Assembly: GCA_016873795.1 (NCBI GenBank)
Contig: VGWA01000001.1
Location: forward strand, 2,344-66,343
Direction: 5' to 3'
Length of the DNA: 64,000 nucleotides
Source: Ignavibacteria bacterium
GTDB taxonomy: Bacteria; Bacteroidota; Ignavibacteria; Tepidaquicellales; Tepidaquicellaceae
Shown: positions 50,584 to 60,380 of the stretch, piece after piece
Numbering within the stretch: position 1 is the first letter of the stretch
Layout: the number at the start of each line of letters is the position of its first letter
Translations under genes and position numbers: made by a program
Notes under the pieces: generated by a model
What the model saw: only the letters and a program-made list of their open reading frames with translations
What the model was told of the DNA's origin: nothing
Database searches by the model: none

Positions 50584-51798
50584 ATGAAACATTTATTTTT
50601 AATATTCAGCTTAGTTACAACATTACAAATACGAGCCACAACAATTCCTTCTGATTCAGGTTCGTTTCCATTTGTAGGAAATCAGATAATTACTTTCATA
50701 GACTCAGCAAGAAACAATAGAAATATACAATCTTTGGTTTACTACCCGGCGACTTCCGAAGGAAACGGAACACCGATTAATCTATCGGGCGGGAAATACC
50801 CTGTGATATCTTTTGGTCACGGTTTTACAATTAATCCGAATGTTTATGTTCATTTATACCGTCATCTTGCAAGCTGGGGCTATATTATAATTGCTCCAGC
50901 AACTGAAACCGGATTTTTTCCAAGTCATCTTGAATTTGCAAAAGACCTTGCTTTTGTGTTAAAGGATATGAAACGGAAAAACAGGGTTATAACTGATTTC
51001 TTTTTCAATACAATAGATACGATTCAAACAGGAGTTTTTGGTCATTCTATGGGCGGCGGTTGCAGTTTCCTTGCCGGTTCGCTCGATACTACTATAAAAG
51101 CGATTTCTTCCCTTGCCGCGGCAATTACAAATCCTTCTTCTATTACGGCAATACAGCAAACACAAAGACCGGTTCAATTGTTAAGCGGACAGCGGGACAG
51201 TATTGCTTCTTACTGGTCACATCAATTGCCTCATTACGTTGCAGCTAACCCTTATAAACAAATTATTAATATAAAAGGCGGAAACCACGGTTATTTTCAT
51301 CTACTTCCCGCACTCGATGATCTGGTAGACAATCCCGCTACAATTACAAGAAATGAACAACAAAGATTGACGAGACTGTATATTACTTCGTTTTATAATC
51401 TTTTCCTGAAAAATGATACTAACTATAAAACTTACCTTTACGGAAACATAGCACAATCGGATACAGGTATAATAATGCAATATCAATTACCTGTTGTTAC
51501 GGGAATATACAATAACGAAACAAATTTTAAAGAATTCGAACTGATTCAAAACTATCCGAATCCGTTTAATCCGTATACAATAATCAACTACAGCATTCAA
51601 AAATCAGCTTATGTAGAACTAAAAATATACGACACAGCCGGAAAACTTATATTGACCCTGGTAAATCAGTTTCAGAATAAAGGAAATTATTCAGTCAGAT
51701 TTGATGCAAATAATTATAAACTTTCTTCAGGAATTTATTTTTATAAATTATCAGCAAACAGACTTTCCGAAGTTAAAAGTATGATGTTCATTAAATAA
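50584..51798 (+). CDS. Secreted alpha/beta hydrolase of the cutinase/polyesterase (PETase-like, dienelactone hydrolase fold) type with a T9SS C-terminal sorting domain
   Basis: The nucleophile elbow is GVFGHSMGGGCSF (Ser codon 51046..51048). The Asp lies in GQRDSIAS (51196..51198) and the His in KGGNHGYF (51286..51288). The C-terminus is NYPNPFNPYTIINYSI...VELKIYDTAGKLI...SGIYFYKL...KSMMFIK. Confidence 0.75.
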   Translation: MKHLFLIFSLVTTLQIRATTIPSDSGSFPFVGNQIITFIDSARNNRNIQSLVYYPATSEGNGTPINLSGGKYPVISFGHGFTINPNVYVHLYRHLASWGYIIIAPATETGFFPSHLEFAKDLAFVLKDMKRKNRVITDFFFNTIDTIQTGVFGHSMGGGCSFLAGSLDTTIKAISSLAAAITNPSSITAIQQTQRPVQLLSGQRDSIASYWSHQLPHYVAANPYKQIINIKGGNHGYFHLLPALDDLVDNPATITRNEQQRLTRLYITSFYNLFLKNDTNYKTYLYGNIAQSDTGIIMQYQLPVVTGIYNNETNFKEFELIQNYPNPFNPYTIINYSIQKSAYVELKIYDTAGKLILTLVNQFQNKGNYSVRFDANNYKLSSGIYFYKLSANRLSEVKSMMFIK

Positions 51799-51981
51799 AG
51801 GGGTTATTTAACATTTTAAGTACATAATTCAGACAGCAATTATCGACAGGTATTAATAATTGTTAATTGAACAAACAAGAATGTTTCTTTTTGGAATTTA
51901 CAGAAACCTTTTATTTTTGTAATTTTATTCAAGTTTAATTTCATATTATTGTCAGATATTACATAACTTATTCCAGGGAAT

Positions 51982-52665
51982 ATGACAACAGAGAAAAAAG
52001 AATTCTGGAAAAAATACAAGAGGCAATATAATCAGCCCCTTGATCCTATTGACCGTTTGTCGGAATTAATTTACGGTGTGATTATGACTTTAACCTTTAC
52101 ATGTACAATCAGTCTTGCCACCGCCGGACAGCAAGAAATTAAAACAGCTTTATGGGCAGCATTAGGATGTAATACCGCCTGGGGAATAATAGATGCCTTG
52201 GTTATTTTAATGGGAAATATATTCGACCGGGGTAAAAGATTTAAACTTTTAAGTTCTCTGCATAAGGCAAATGATACACAAAGCGCCAATGCTATCCTTA
52301 AAGAGGCATTCCCTCCAATAGTAGCTGAAATAATAAAACCAAATCAGTTGGATAACATACGTAAGAATCTATTAGAACTTCCTGAACCTCCCAAAAAAGC
52401 ATTTGTAAACATATACGATATTAAAAACGCAATAATTGTATTCTTATTAGTTGTAATTTCTACATTTCCCGTCGCCTTTCCTTTCATTATTATTAGCGAA
52501 CCCATAGTAGCACACAGGCTATCAAATGCTGTAGCTTTATTATTATTATTCAGTTTTGGATTTTTCCTCGGCAGAAAAACATACTATAATCCAACAATTA
52601 TGGGATTAGGATTTATGATATTAGGCGGTTTACTTGTTTTAATGACCATAGCACTTGGAGGATAA
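51982..52665 (+). CDS. Membrane protein, possibly VIT1/CCC1-like
   Basis: It has a soluble N-terminus followed by TM helices. DPIDRLSELIYGVIMTLTFT weakly recalls the VIT family, so the function call is tentative. Confidence 0.4.
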   Translation: MTTEKKEFWKKYKRQYNQPLDPIDRLSELIYGVIMTLTFTCTISLATAGQQEIKTALWAALGCNTAWGIIDALVILMGNIFDRGKRFKLLSSLHKANDTQSANAILKEAFPPIVAEIIKPNQLDNIRKNLLELPEPPKKAFVNIYDIKNAIIVFLLVVISTFPVAFPFIIISEPIVAHRLSNAVALLLLFSFGFFLGRKTYYNPTIMGLGFMILGGLLVLMTIALGG

Positions 52666-52737
52666 AAAACCCACCTTAATCATACGAGAATTTGTATGTT
52701 TCGGCTATAAGAAATTCAAAAATAGCAATCAGAGTTT

Positions 52738-53034
52738 TTAAATTTCCTTTGTTAGTTCAAGAAATTTTTTATAAGGTATCGCTACCCAGCTTTCTGCCGA
52801 CAACGCTCCGTTAGCCAGACTTATCATAGAAACTTTAGCAGCTATCTTTTCGTCCGGAGCTTCATAAATATCCAAAAAATCGTACTTGCCAAGCAACGCA
52901 TAATGATGAAGAAATTTTACCTCGGGACATTTCTTTTTTACTTCATCAAGCCAACTCCTTCCTATTGACGCTCTGTCTTTCAGGTTTTTTGTTACTTCCG
53001 TAGATAGTTTTGTCATCAAAATAAAGGTTTTCAT
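52738..53034 (-). CDS. GYD domain protein
   Basis: A 98-aa protein in which LGKYDFLDIYEAPDEKIAAKVSMISLANGAL matches the GYD family pattern. Confidence 0.7.
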   Translation of the reverse strand: MKTFILMTKLSTEVTKNLKDRASIGRSWLDEVKKKCPEVKFLHHYALLGKYDFLDIYEAPDEKIAAKVSMISLANGALSAESWVAIPYKKFLELTKEI

Positions 53035-53069
53035 TTTTTAGACCTCCAAATATTTTATAAATCAGTTTT

Positions 53070-54122
53070 TTATTTTTTCCCGTATCTTCTGTAGTATTCA
53101 GCTTCTGCTCTTTTTATAATATTTTCTTCAGGTTTCGAAAAAGGCTTACAGTATTGATACCCTTCCTGCAAAATTTTTAACGACTCTTCGGAATGTGGTA
53201 CTCTTCCTGCCTTTACTTCTGTTAAAAAAGTATCATGGGAAAAAATATTTTCCCACCCCAATCCGAAGCATTCTTGAAAAATTCTCTCTCTCTGTTTAAA
53301 TACTCCGGGATTGCAATCTTGTGTTCTCTTAATGTTTCTTTTCGTATAGAAAATTCCTCTCATATCGGTCCAGCGTGTATCTCTGGGAGCAAACTCGCAG
53401 AAAGAATCTATCCAGTCATTCATATATTCCAGTAATTTTTCCCAGTGTCTAATAATCATTTTCCATTTTTCAATTTCCGGTGCATATTTCCATTCGATAT
53501 GTTGCCTCTTTAATCCGAACTCAAACATATCCGGAATACCAAATTGTGCTTTTGAAGACATTTCATCAAAGACAGATAGAATTTCTTTATGCATTTTGAC
53601 TTCAACGGGTAAAAACATCTTTTCGGCGAATTCAATTTCGCTCAATTTTACTTCTCTTGTAACATAATTTCCTTCCAGTGCTTTGTTAAGTCCTTTCTCT
53701 TCACAAATTCTCAAAAAAACAGGATAACTAATTCCCGATTTTCCTAATTCGACGATATTCTTAATCGGAGGAATTAGCAAATCCGAATAAGGTTTACCTT
53801 CAAGCTGCTGTATAGCGTTTTCATAAGCTGAAAGAGTTTGTTTAAGAAGTATATCATCAGATGACCCTCCGGATCCACTTTTACTCATCTCGATTAATAC
53901 CGCAGAATACGCATTGCTGAAGTCCACGAAATAATTTTGTGTTGTTAATTTTGTTGTATACTCCATAACATCTTTAGATGTGAGTGCCATATTCTCCATT
54001 TCATCAAGAATTTTTTTTAATTTATCAAACGACTCCCCGCTTGCATTTTTTTCTTGCAACTCTTTAAACATATTTCTGTAAGTTCCGAGGATTAGATCCG
54101 TTGTGTTTTTATCAACTGCCAT
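53070..54122 (-). CDS. Hypothetical cytoplasmic protein (350 aa), no recognisable domain
   Basis: A long ORF whose start lies 2 nt after the upstream stop (TAATTATG). It has no signal peptide and no nucleotide-binding or catalytic motifs that I can name. Confidence 0.6.
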   Translation of the reverse strand: MAVDKNTTDLILGTYRNMFKELQEKNASGESFDKLKKILDEMENMALTSKDVMEYTTKLTTQNYFVDFSNAYSAVLIEMSKSGSGGSSDDILLKQTLSAYENAIQQLEGKPYSDLLIPPIKNIVELGKSGISYPVFLRICEEKGLNKALEGNYVTREVKLSEIEFAEKMFLPVEVKMHKEILSVFDEMSSKAQFGIPDMFEFGLKRQHIEWKYAPEIEKWKMIIRHWEKLLEYMNDWIDSFCEFAPRDTRWTDMRGIFYTKRNIKRTQDCNPGVFKQRERIFQECFGLGWENIFSHDTFLTEVKAGRVPHSEESLKILQEGYQYCKPFSKPEENIIKRAEAEYYRRYGKK

Positions 54123-54124
54123 AA

Positions 54125-54793
54125 TTATATCCCCCTGTATTTTTTAAACTGTCCGATACGTTTTTTAATAACATCATCCGGAACAGGAATCAAACGTCTG
54201 TGTCTTTCTTCCCAGATAAGCTCAAAATTGAAATTCCAATTCGGGTCCCATAGTCTTGCGTTAGGCAATACCTGTTCACGCCAGTCTTTCACTCCCTCTT
54301 CAATCATTCTTTCAGGATTTTCACAATTTATTTCTTTTTTCCATTCATCCGGAACTTCCGCATTCTGATACACTTCAATATTTTCCAGCATCATAAAATC
54401 ATAATAAAAATCACATGTAAACAGGTCTATTGATATATTCTTACTCACCTCGGCCTCGATTTCATTGACCATTGTTATTAATGAAGATTCCGAGTCTGCC
54501 GTATCGATAACATCAAGTATTCTCTCAGGTGACTGAAGCCGAATAAATTCTTTTTCTTCCCTGAACATTTTTGCTCTTTCCGTTTCCTGATCTTTAACAA
54601 GCGCAAGTGCATTTTTAATGTGTAATTTACCTTCCTGAAGTCTCGTACCGAATTCTTCCAAATCAGATGCGTTTGCCATTGCCTCATATAATGCTTTTTC
54701 TGATTCATATGAATTTTTATAAATCGAATTATCTTTATATTTCAGCATTCTCGATTTATAATATTCTATATACTCCTTATGTCTCTGATCCAT
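54125..54793 (-). CDS. Hypothetical cytoplasmic protein (222 aa), no recognisable domain
   Basis: It is the first gene of a tightly packed three-gene minus-strand unit and is acidic and Trp-rich near the C-terminus (DWREQVLPNARLWDPNWNFNFELIWEERHRR). Confidence 0.6.
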   Translation of the reverse strand: MDQRHKEYIEYYKSRMLKYKDNSIYKNSYESEKALYEAMANASDLEEFGTRLQEGKLHIKNALALVKDQETERAKMFREEKEFIRLQSPERILDVIDTADSESSLITMVNEIEAEVSKNISIDLFTCDFYYDFMMLENIEVYQNAEVPDEWKKEINCENPERMIEEGVKDWREQVLPNARLWDPNWNFNFELIWEERHRRLIPVPDDVIKKRIGQFKKYRGI

Positions 54794-55133
54794 GGTAATA
54801 AAATTAAATTTACAGATAATTATAATTTAATAAATAAAACTATAATTAAAAAATCAAAATAAAGTGCTGCTGTTTCTAAATTTTACATATTCGTAAATGA
54901 GAAGTTAGCACTTTTTTTAAAAAAAGTATTATTTTCGATTTGTAAGAATCATAGAAATTTGAAAGTTCACTGATAACAAAAAATTATAAAATCTAATAGC
55001 GTTTAAGTCGTTTATTGATTTTAGAAAATAAAATGTTTATTTTTATATATTGGTTTGTTGAGAAAGAAAACTCATGACAGGGCAAAGGAAGACAGTTCTA
55101 AGATCGGTTTAATTAACCTCTAAAAAATAATAA

Positions 55134-56459
55134 TTGATAAAAAAAATTTTAATAGCAAATCGAGGAGAAATTGCACTCAGAATAATCCGTGCCTGCAAGG
55201 AAATGGAAATAAAAACAGTAGCTGTATTTTCCGAGGCAGACAGGGACGCCCTGCACACAAAGCATGCTGATGAATCCGTTTGTATAGGACCTCCTCGGGC
55301 ATCGGAAAGCTATCTGAGCATTCCGAGAATAATAGAAGCAGCAAAAATGTCAGAATCGGATGCTGTTCATCCCGGATATGGATTTCTTGCAGAAAATGCA
55401 AAATTTGCCCAATCATGTATAGATAACAATCTCATTTTTATCGGTCCTTCTCCGGATATGATTGGTAAAATGGGTGGTAAATCAATGGCAAAGAGTCTGG
55501 TAAGAAAAATCGGTGTTCCTGTTATTCCGGGCAGTGAAGGTGAGATTAACAATATTGTGGAAGCCAAGAAAATTATTAATGAAATAGGGCTTCCTGTAAT
55601 ATTAAAAGCTGCAGCGGGAGGCGGTGGCAAAGGAATGAGAATAGTGAAAGATTCGGGCAGTATAGAAAACAGTTTTACAATAGCGAAGCACGAGGCAAAG
55701 TCTGCATTCGGAAATGATGCTCTTTATATTGAAAAATTAATAGAAAATCCGAAACATATCGAATTTCAAGTATTAGGCGATAAATTTGGAAATATAGTTC
55801 ATATAGGAGAAAGGGACTGCACAATACAAAGGCGGCATCAGAAGTTAATCGAAGAATCTCCTTCACCTGCACTTAATAAAGAACTGAGGGAAAAAATGGG
55901 AAATGCAGCGATTAAGGCAGCTAAAACTGTAAATTACGAGAGTTCGGGGACGGTTGAATTTTTATTGGATAAAAACAAGAATTTTTATTTTATGGAAATG
56001 AACACAAGAATACAGGTGGAGCATCCGGTTACCGAGCTGATATATAATATAGATTTATTGAAAGAGCAAATTAAAATTGCCGGCGGAGAAAAGTTAGAGA
56101 AAAAGAATTATAAATTTACGGGACATGCAATAGAATGCCGTATAAATGCAGAGGACCCGTTCAATAATTTTCGTCCAACCCCGGGTTTAATAAGCACATT
56201 CCATACCCCAAGCGGACATGGCATAAGGGTCGATACACATTGTTATTCCGGATATACAATACCACAGTATTACGATTCATTAATAGGTAAATTAATAGTT
56301 CGAGCAGATAACCGAAGCCAGGCAATAAACCGTATGCTGAGGGCACTCGAAGAATTTATAGTAGAAGGAATAAAAACAACAATACCGCTTCATAAGAAAA
56401 TTTTGTTAAGTCAGAAATTTGTAGAATATAATTATGATACAAAATGGGCTGACTTTTAA
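55134..56459 (+). CDS. accC: Acetyl-CoA carboxylase biotin carboxylase subunit
   Basis: KILIANRGEIALRIIRAC, the ATP-grasp block GGGGKGMRIV, and EMNTRIQVEHPVTE. The start is TTG. Confidence 0.93.
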   Translation: MIKKILIANRGEIALRIIRACKEMEIKTVAVFSEADRDALHTKHADESVCIGPPRASESYLSIPRIIEAAKMSESDAVHPGYGFLAENAKFAQSCIDNNLIFIGPSPDMIGKMGGKSMAKSLVRKIGVPVIPGSEGEINNIVEAKKIINEIGLPVILKAAAGGGGKGMRIVKDSGSIENSFTIAKHEAKSAFGNDALYIEKLIENPKHIEFQVLGDKFGNIVHIGERDCTIQRRHQKLIEESPSPALNKELREKMGNAAIKAAKTVNYESSGTVEFLLDKNKNFYFMEMNTRIQVEHPVTELIYNIDLLKEQIKIAGGEKLEKKNYKFTGHAIECRINAEDPFNNFRPTPGLISTFHTPSGHGIRVDTHCYSGYTIPQYYDSLIGKLIVRADNRSQAINRMLRALEEFIVEGIKTTIPLHKKILLSQKFVEYNYDTKWADF

Positions 56460-56495
56460 TAACGTTCCTGCCAAATCGGGAGAAAGGATAAATTT

Positions 56496-56993
56496 ATGCC
56501 TATAAATCAAGCTTTAATAGCCGAACTTCAGTATGAATCTGAATCTATAAGGAAAATGTTAGACTGTATACCGGAGCAATCTTTAAACTGGAAACCACAT
56601 GAAAAATCAATGCCGTTAGGAAGACTCACAATGCACATAGCAGAACTATCGGGATGGTTTGTTAATATTCTTGAAGCCGATGAGCTTGATTTTGCAAAAA
56701 CAGACTACAAACCTATAATTGCAAAATCAAAAGAAGAACTGCTTAAATCACTCGAAGAAAATCTGAAAAAGGGAACTTCATCTCTTCAAAAAGCTTCTGA
56801 TGAGATATTCTATTCAAATTGGAAATTAAGGTCTGGAGATACAATTTACTTTGAACTGCCTAAAATACAGGTTATACGCTCAATGGTATTAAATCACATA
56901 ATACACCATCGGGGACAGCTCTCTGTATATCTTCGTCTGTTAAATATTCCTTTACCACAGGTTTACGGACCGACTGCAGACAATAACATGTAA
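56496..56993 (+). CDS. DinB family protein
   Basis: HIAELSGW ... HIIHHRGQLSVYLRLLNIPLPQVYGPT is typical of DinB/YfiT-like four-helix-bundle proteins. Confidence 0.75.
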   Translation: MPINQALIAELQYESESIRKMLDCIPEQSLNWKPHEKSMPLGRLTMHIAELSGWFVNILEADELDFAKTDYKPIIAKSKEELLKSLEENLKKGTSSLQKASDEIFYSNWKLRSGDTIYFELPKIQVIRSMVLNHIIHHRGQLSVYLRLLNIPLPQVYGPTADNNM

Positions 56994-57200
56994 AGGGTAA
57001 AGCATATACCCCGAAACTATGTTAATTCTGCTTTTTAAAAATTATACATTTACCAACTTTATTCGTAACCACTTTAAAATAACTGGGTTTATTTATATAA
57101 ACCGAAAACAAGGACTCCTTTTTTAATCCTCGCAATAAAATAAATTTCAATTCTCTATCAGTTCAAAAAAATTAAAACGCTTAAAATTTTACACCTGAAA

Positions 57201-60200
57201 TCATATATACGGTTTACTTCTTTTATGGAGTTTTTCTTCAAAAACAGCATACAATACAGGTACGAATATTAACGTAAGAAATGTTGATGCTGTAAGGCCT
57301 CCGATAACCGCTATTGCAAGTGGTGCCTGTGATGATTCTCCTCCGATTCCGATTGCCATAGGGGTTAATCCTAATATTGTTGCAAACGTTGTCATTAATA
57401 TCGGTCTCAATCTTGTTCTGCCTGCTTTTACAACAGCTTCGTACAATATCATTCCTCTTTTTCTAAGTCGGTTAGTATAATCTATCAGTAGTATACCGTT
57501 TGAAACCACAATTCCTACCATAACAATAATTCCTTCGAATGACGTAACCGACAGCGTCGTATTTGTCAGAAACAACATCCACACAACTCCCACCATACCA
57601 AGAGGAACAGAAAACATAATTATAAACGGGTCAATTAATGACTGAAACTGAGAAGCCATTACCATATAGACAAGAATGATTGCGAGTCCAAATGCAAGAT
57701 ACAAGGAAGTGAAAGTTTTTTGCTGTTGCTCAATATTACCGCTCATTTGTATCTCAAACCCTGTCGGTTTTTCTACGTCATTCAATTTTTGTTTTATTTC
57801 CTCCGCAACGCTTCCTAAATCCCTTCCGTACACATTTGCCGTTACGCTCACAAGCCGAAGCTGATATTTGCGGTCAATCTGCACCGGTGACCTAGTCATA
57901 TTTATTTCTATCAGATCGCTGATAGGAACCGTTTTTCCGGATGAACTGACAACCGTTAATTTTCTCAGGTCATCAATGTTTTGTCTGTAATTTTCCGACA
58001 TTCTTACAAGAATATTGTATTGATTTCCGGTTTTCGGATCACTGAACGTTGAAGCTACATTTCCGCTCATTGCCGTAGTAATTGTGTTGGCAATTTGAGA
58101 GGTGTTGATGCCAAGACTCCCTGCTTTAACTCTGTCTATTATTATTCTGGCTTCAGGCAGGTTCCGGTCTCTGCTTATTCTGACATCTGTTGCTCCGGGA
58201 GTTGATTTTATTATTTCGAAAACTCTTTGTGCCAGTAAATCGGATGTTTCGAAGTCATAACCCAGAATTGAGACATCTATCGGTGCGGAGGAACCAAAGT
58301 TAAGTAGGAATTTTAAAAAGCCACCCGAATTTAAATAAATTTCCGCTCCGGGTAAAGAAATCAATTTTGGTCTTAAGTCCTTCATAATATCAAAAACACT
58401 TCTTTCTCTTTCTGAGCCCGGTACTAAAGAAACAGATATATTACAGCTGTGGCTTCCTGAATTTCCGCTGAAACCTCCTGCTCTTGTACTTGGAACACCA
58501 ATATCCGATATTATTGTATTTTTTTCGGGAACGTTTTCGGAAATTATTCTTTCAACATTTTCAACAAACTTTTCTGTAATTTCAATCCTTGTTCCGACCG
58601 GAAGTCTGATTTGCACCGTAAACTGATTTTCATCTGCCTCAGGAAAAAATTCCGTTCCGATAAATTTAAAAAGTATAAAACTCAGAACTGAAAACAACAC
58701 TATTCCACCGATTACCCTGGCTTTATATCTCAAGGCAAATTCAAGTATATTACCATATAAATTATCGAGTTTTTCAAGATATTCTTTGGTTTTTAGTTGA
58801 ATCCTATCGGATAATTTACGGGAATCTTTATTAACTTCCCTCTCGCCTGACAATGCTTTAAAACACAACAAAGGTGTCACGGTTCTGGAAACAAAAAACG
58901 AAGCAAAAAGAGAAACCGCAATTGTAATTACAAGCGGTATAAAAAGAAGTTTTGCAATACCTGTTAAAAAGACTACCGGCAGAAAGACAATTACTGTTGT
59001 TAAAGTCGAAACAAAAATCGGAGCTGCAACTTCCTGCGCCGCATCGAGAGTAGCTTGAATTTTACTTATATTATCTTTTTTCATCAGTGTATAATGCCTG
59101 GAAATATTTTCAAGTTCTACTATTGAATCATCTACAAGTCTTCCAATGCCAAGCGCCAATCCTCCCAGTGTCATAATATTTAAAGATGTATCTGTAAATC
59201 TGAAGAAAATGAAAGTAACAAGGATAGAGAGAGGTGTTGCGATAAATATTATTAAAGTACTTCTGAAGTTTCTGATAAAAATGATAATGATAGCTGTAGC
59301 AAGCAGCGCCCCCAGTGCACCTTCCCTAATAAGTTCCGAAATTGATTCCCTTATATACAAGCTCTGGTCAAAAGAAGTTGTTGCCGTTACATTAGCCGGC
59401 ACATCTCTCAAGTTTTTTAACTGTTTTTTAATTCTATCTACAACATCCACAGTATTTGCCCCCGGTGTTTTTTGCACACGCAATACAACTCCATGTTTTC
59501 CATTTGTTCTCATAATTTGTGTCTGTTCCTGATACGAATCCTCAACGCGGGCAACATCTCTAATACGAACCGGAATATTATTAACATTCTTAATTATTAC
59601 ATCTCCAATTGGTTCGACTACATTAAACTGACTTTCAGTTTTCAAGGAAAAATCCCAAACTCCTGTTTTTAGACCTCCTGAGGGGAGAAGCAAATTTGAT
59701 GTTTGAATTGCCTGAACAACCTGCTGAAGAGAAAGATTTGAAGCCTCCACTCTATTTCTGTCAACCGTTATATGAATCTCTCTTATTTTCCCTCCCGTAA
59801 CCTGTGCATTGTGCATAAGCGACACCGGAAAGATGTTCCAACTGAGGTTCGATAATGTTATATGCTAAATCATACAAATCACGTTCATCCATATCACTGC
59901 TTACGGCAACTGATATAACGGGCATATTAGTAATATCGAATTTAGAAACGACCGGATTCGAGACCTCAATAGGAAGCTGGTTCATTATACGGTTAACTTT
60001 TTGAATTACATCAACCATCCCAATATTGATATCCGTGTCCCAGTTAAAAAATATTCTTACCTGCGAAGAACCTTCTCTCGTTCTTGAAGAGATATAATCC
60101 ACGTCATTAGTTGAGCTTACTGCTCTTTCGATAGGCACAGTGACGCTTTGCTCCATATCCAGCAGACCTGCACCCGTATAAAAGGCAGAAGTTGTAACGC

Positions 60201-60330
60201 TTGGTATCTGTATATCGGGCAGCATATCTATCGGCAGCTGGAAAAAGGAAACCATACCAAGAACAAAAACTGCAACTGAAGCCATCTGTGTAGTAATTGG
60301 ATATTTCAGTGCAAGCCAGGTTAGCCACAT
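57201..60330 (-). pseudogene. RND efflux permease (AcrB/CzcA family) split by a frameshift
   Basis: The track ORFs 59761..60330 (N-terminal 189 aa) and 57201..59825 (874 aa) are consecutive parts of one RND protein in different frames. Removing one copy of the 7-bp duplication at 59803..59816 gives the continuous sequence ...EPQLEHLSGVAYAQVTGGKIREIHITVDRNR... Confidence 0.85.
59803..59816. repeat. Perfect 7-bp tandem duplication (TGTGCAT x2 on the plus strand; ATGCACA x2 in the coding sense)
   Basis: Read directly from the plus-strand sequence cc-TGTGCAT-TGTGCAT-aagc. It lies exactly at the frame switch of the RND gene. Confidence 0.95.
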
Positions 60331-60380
60331 AAAATTTACAAATTAACTATTTGGAAACAGCAAAGCAGAAGACACAGCTT

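Noticed and set aside
54861-54925. AAAGTGCT...AGCACTTT inverted repeat followed by a T-run in the accC upstream region, considered as a terminator
   Set aside because: It lies between divergently transcribed genes, so nothing terminates here. The loop is about 40 nt long.
55134-56459. accC without an adjacent accB
   Set aside because: Separation of accB and accC occurs in various bacteria. accB is probably encoded elsewhere, so this is not unusual enough to flag.
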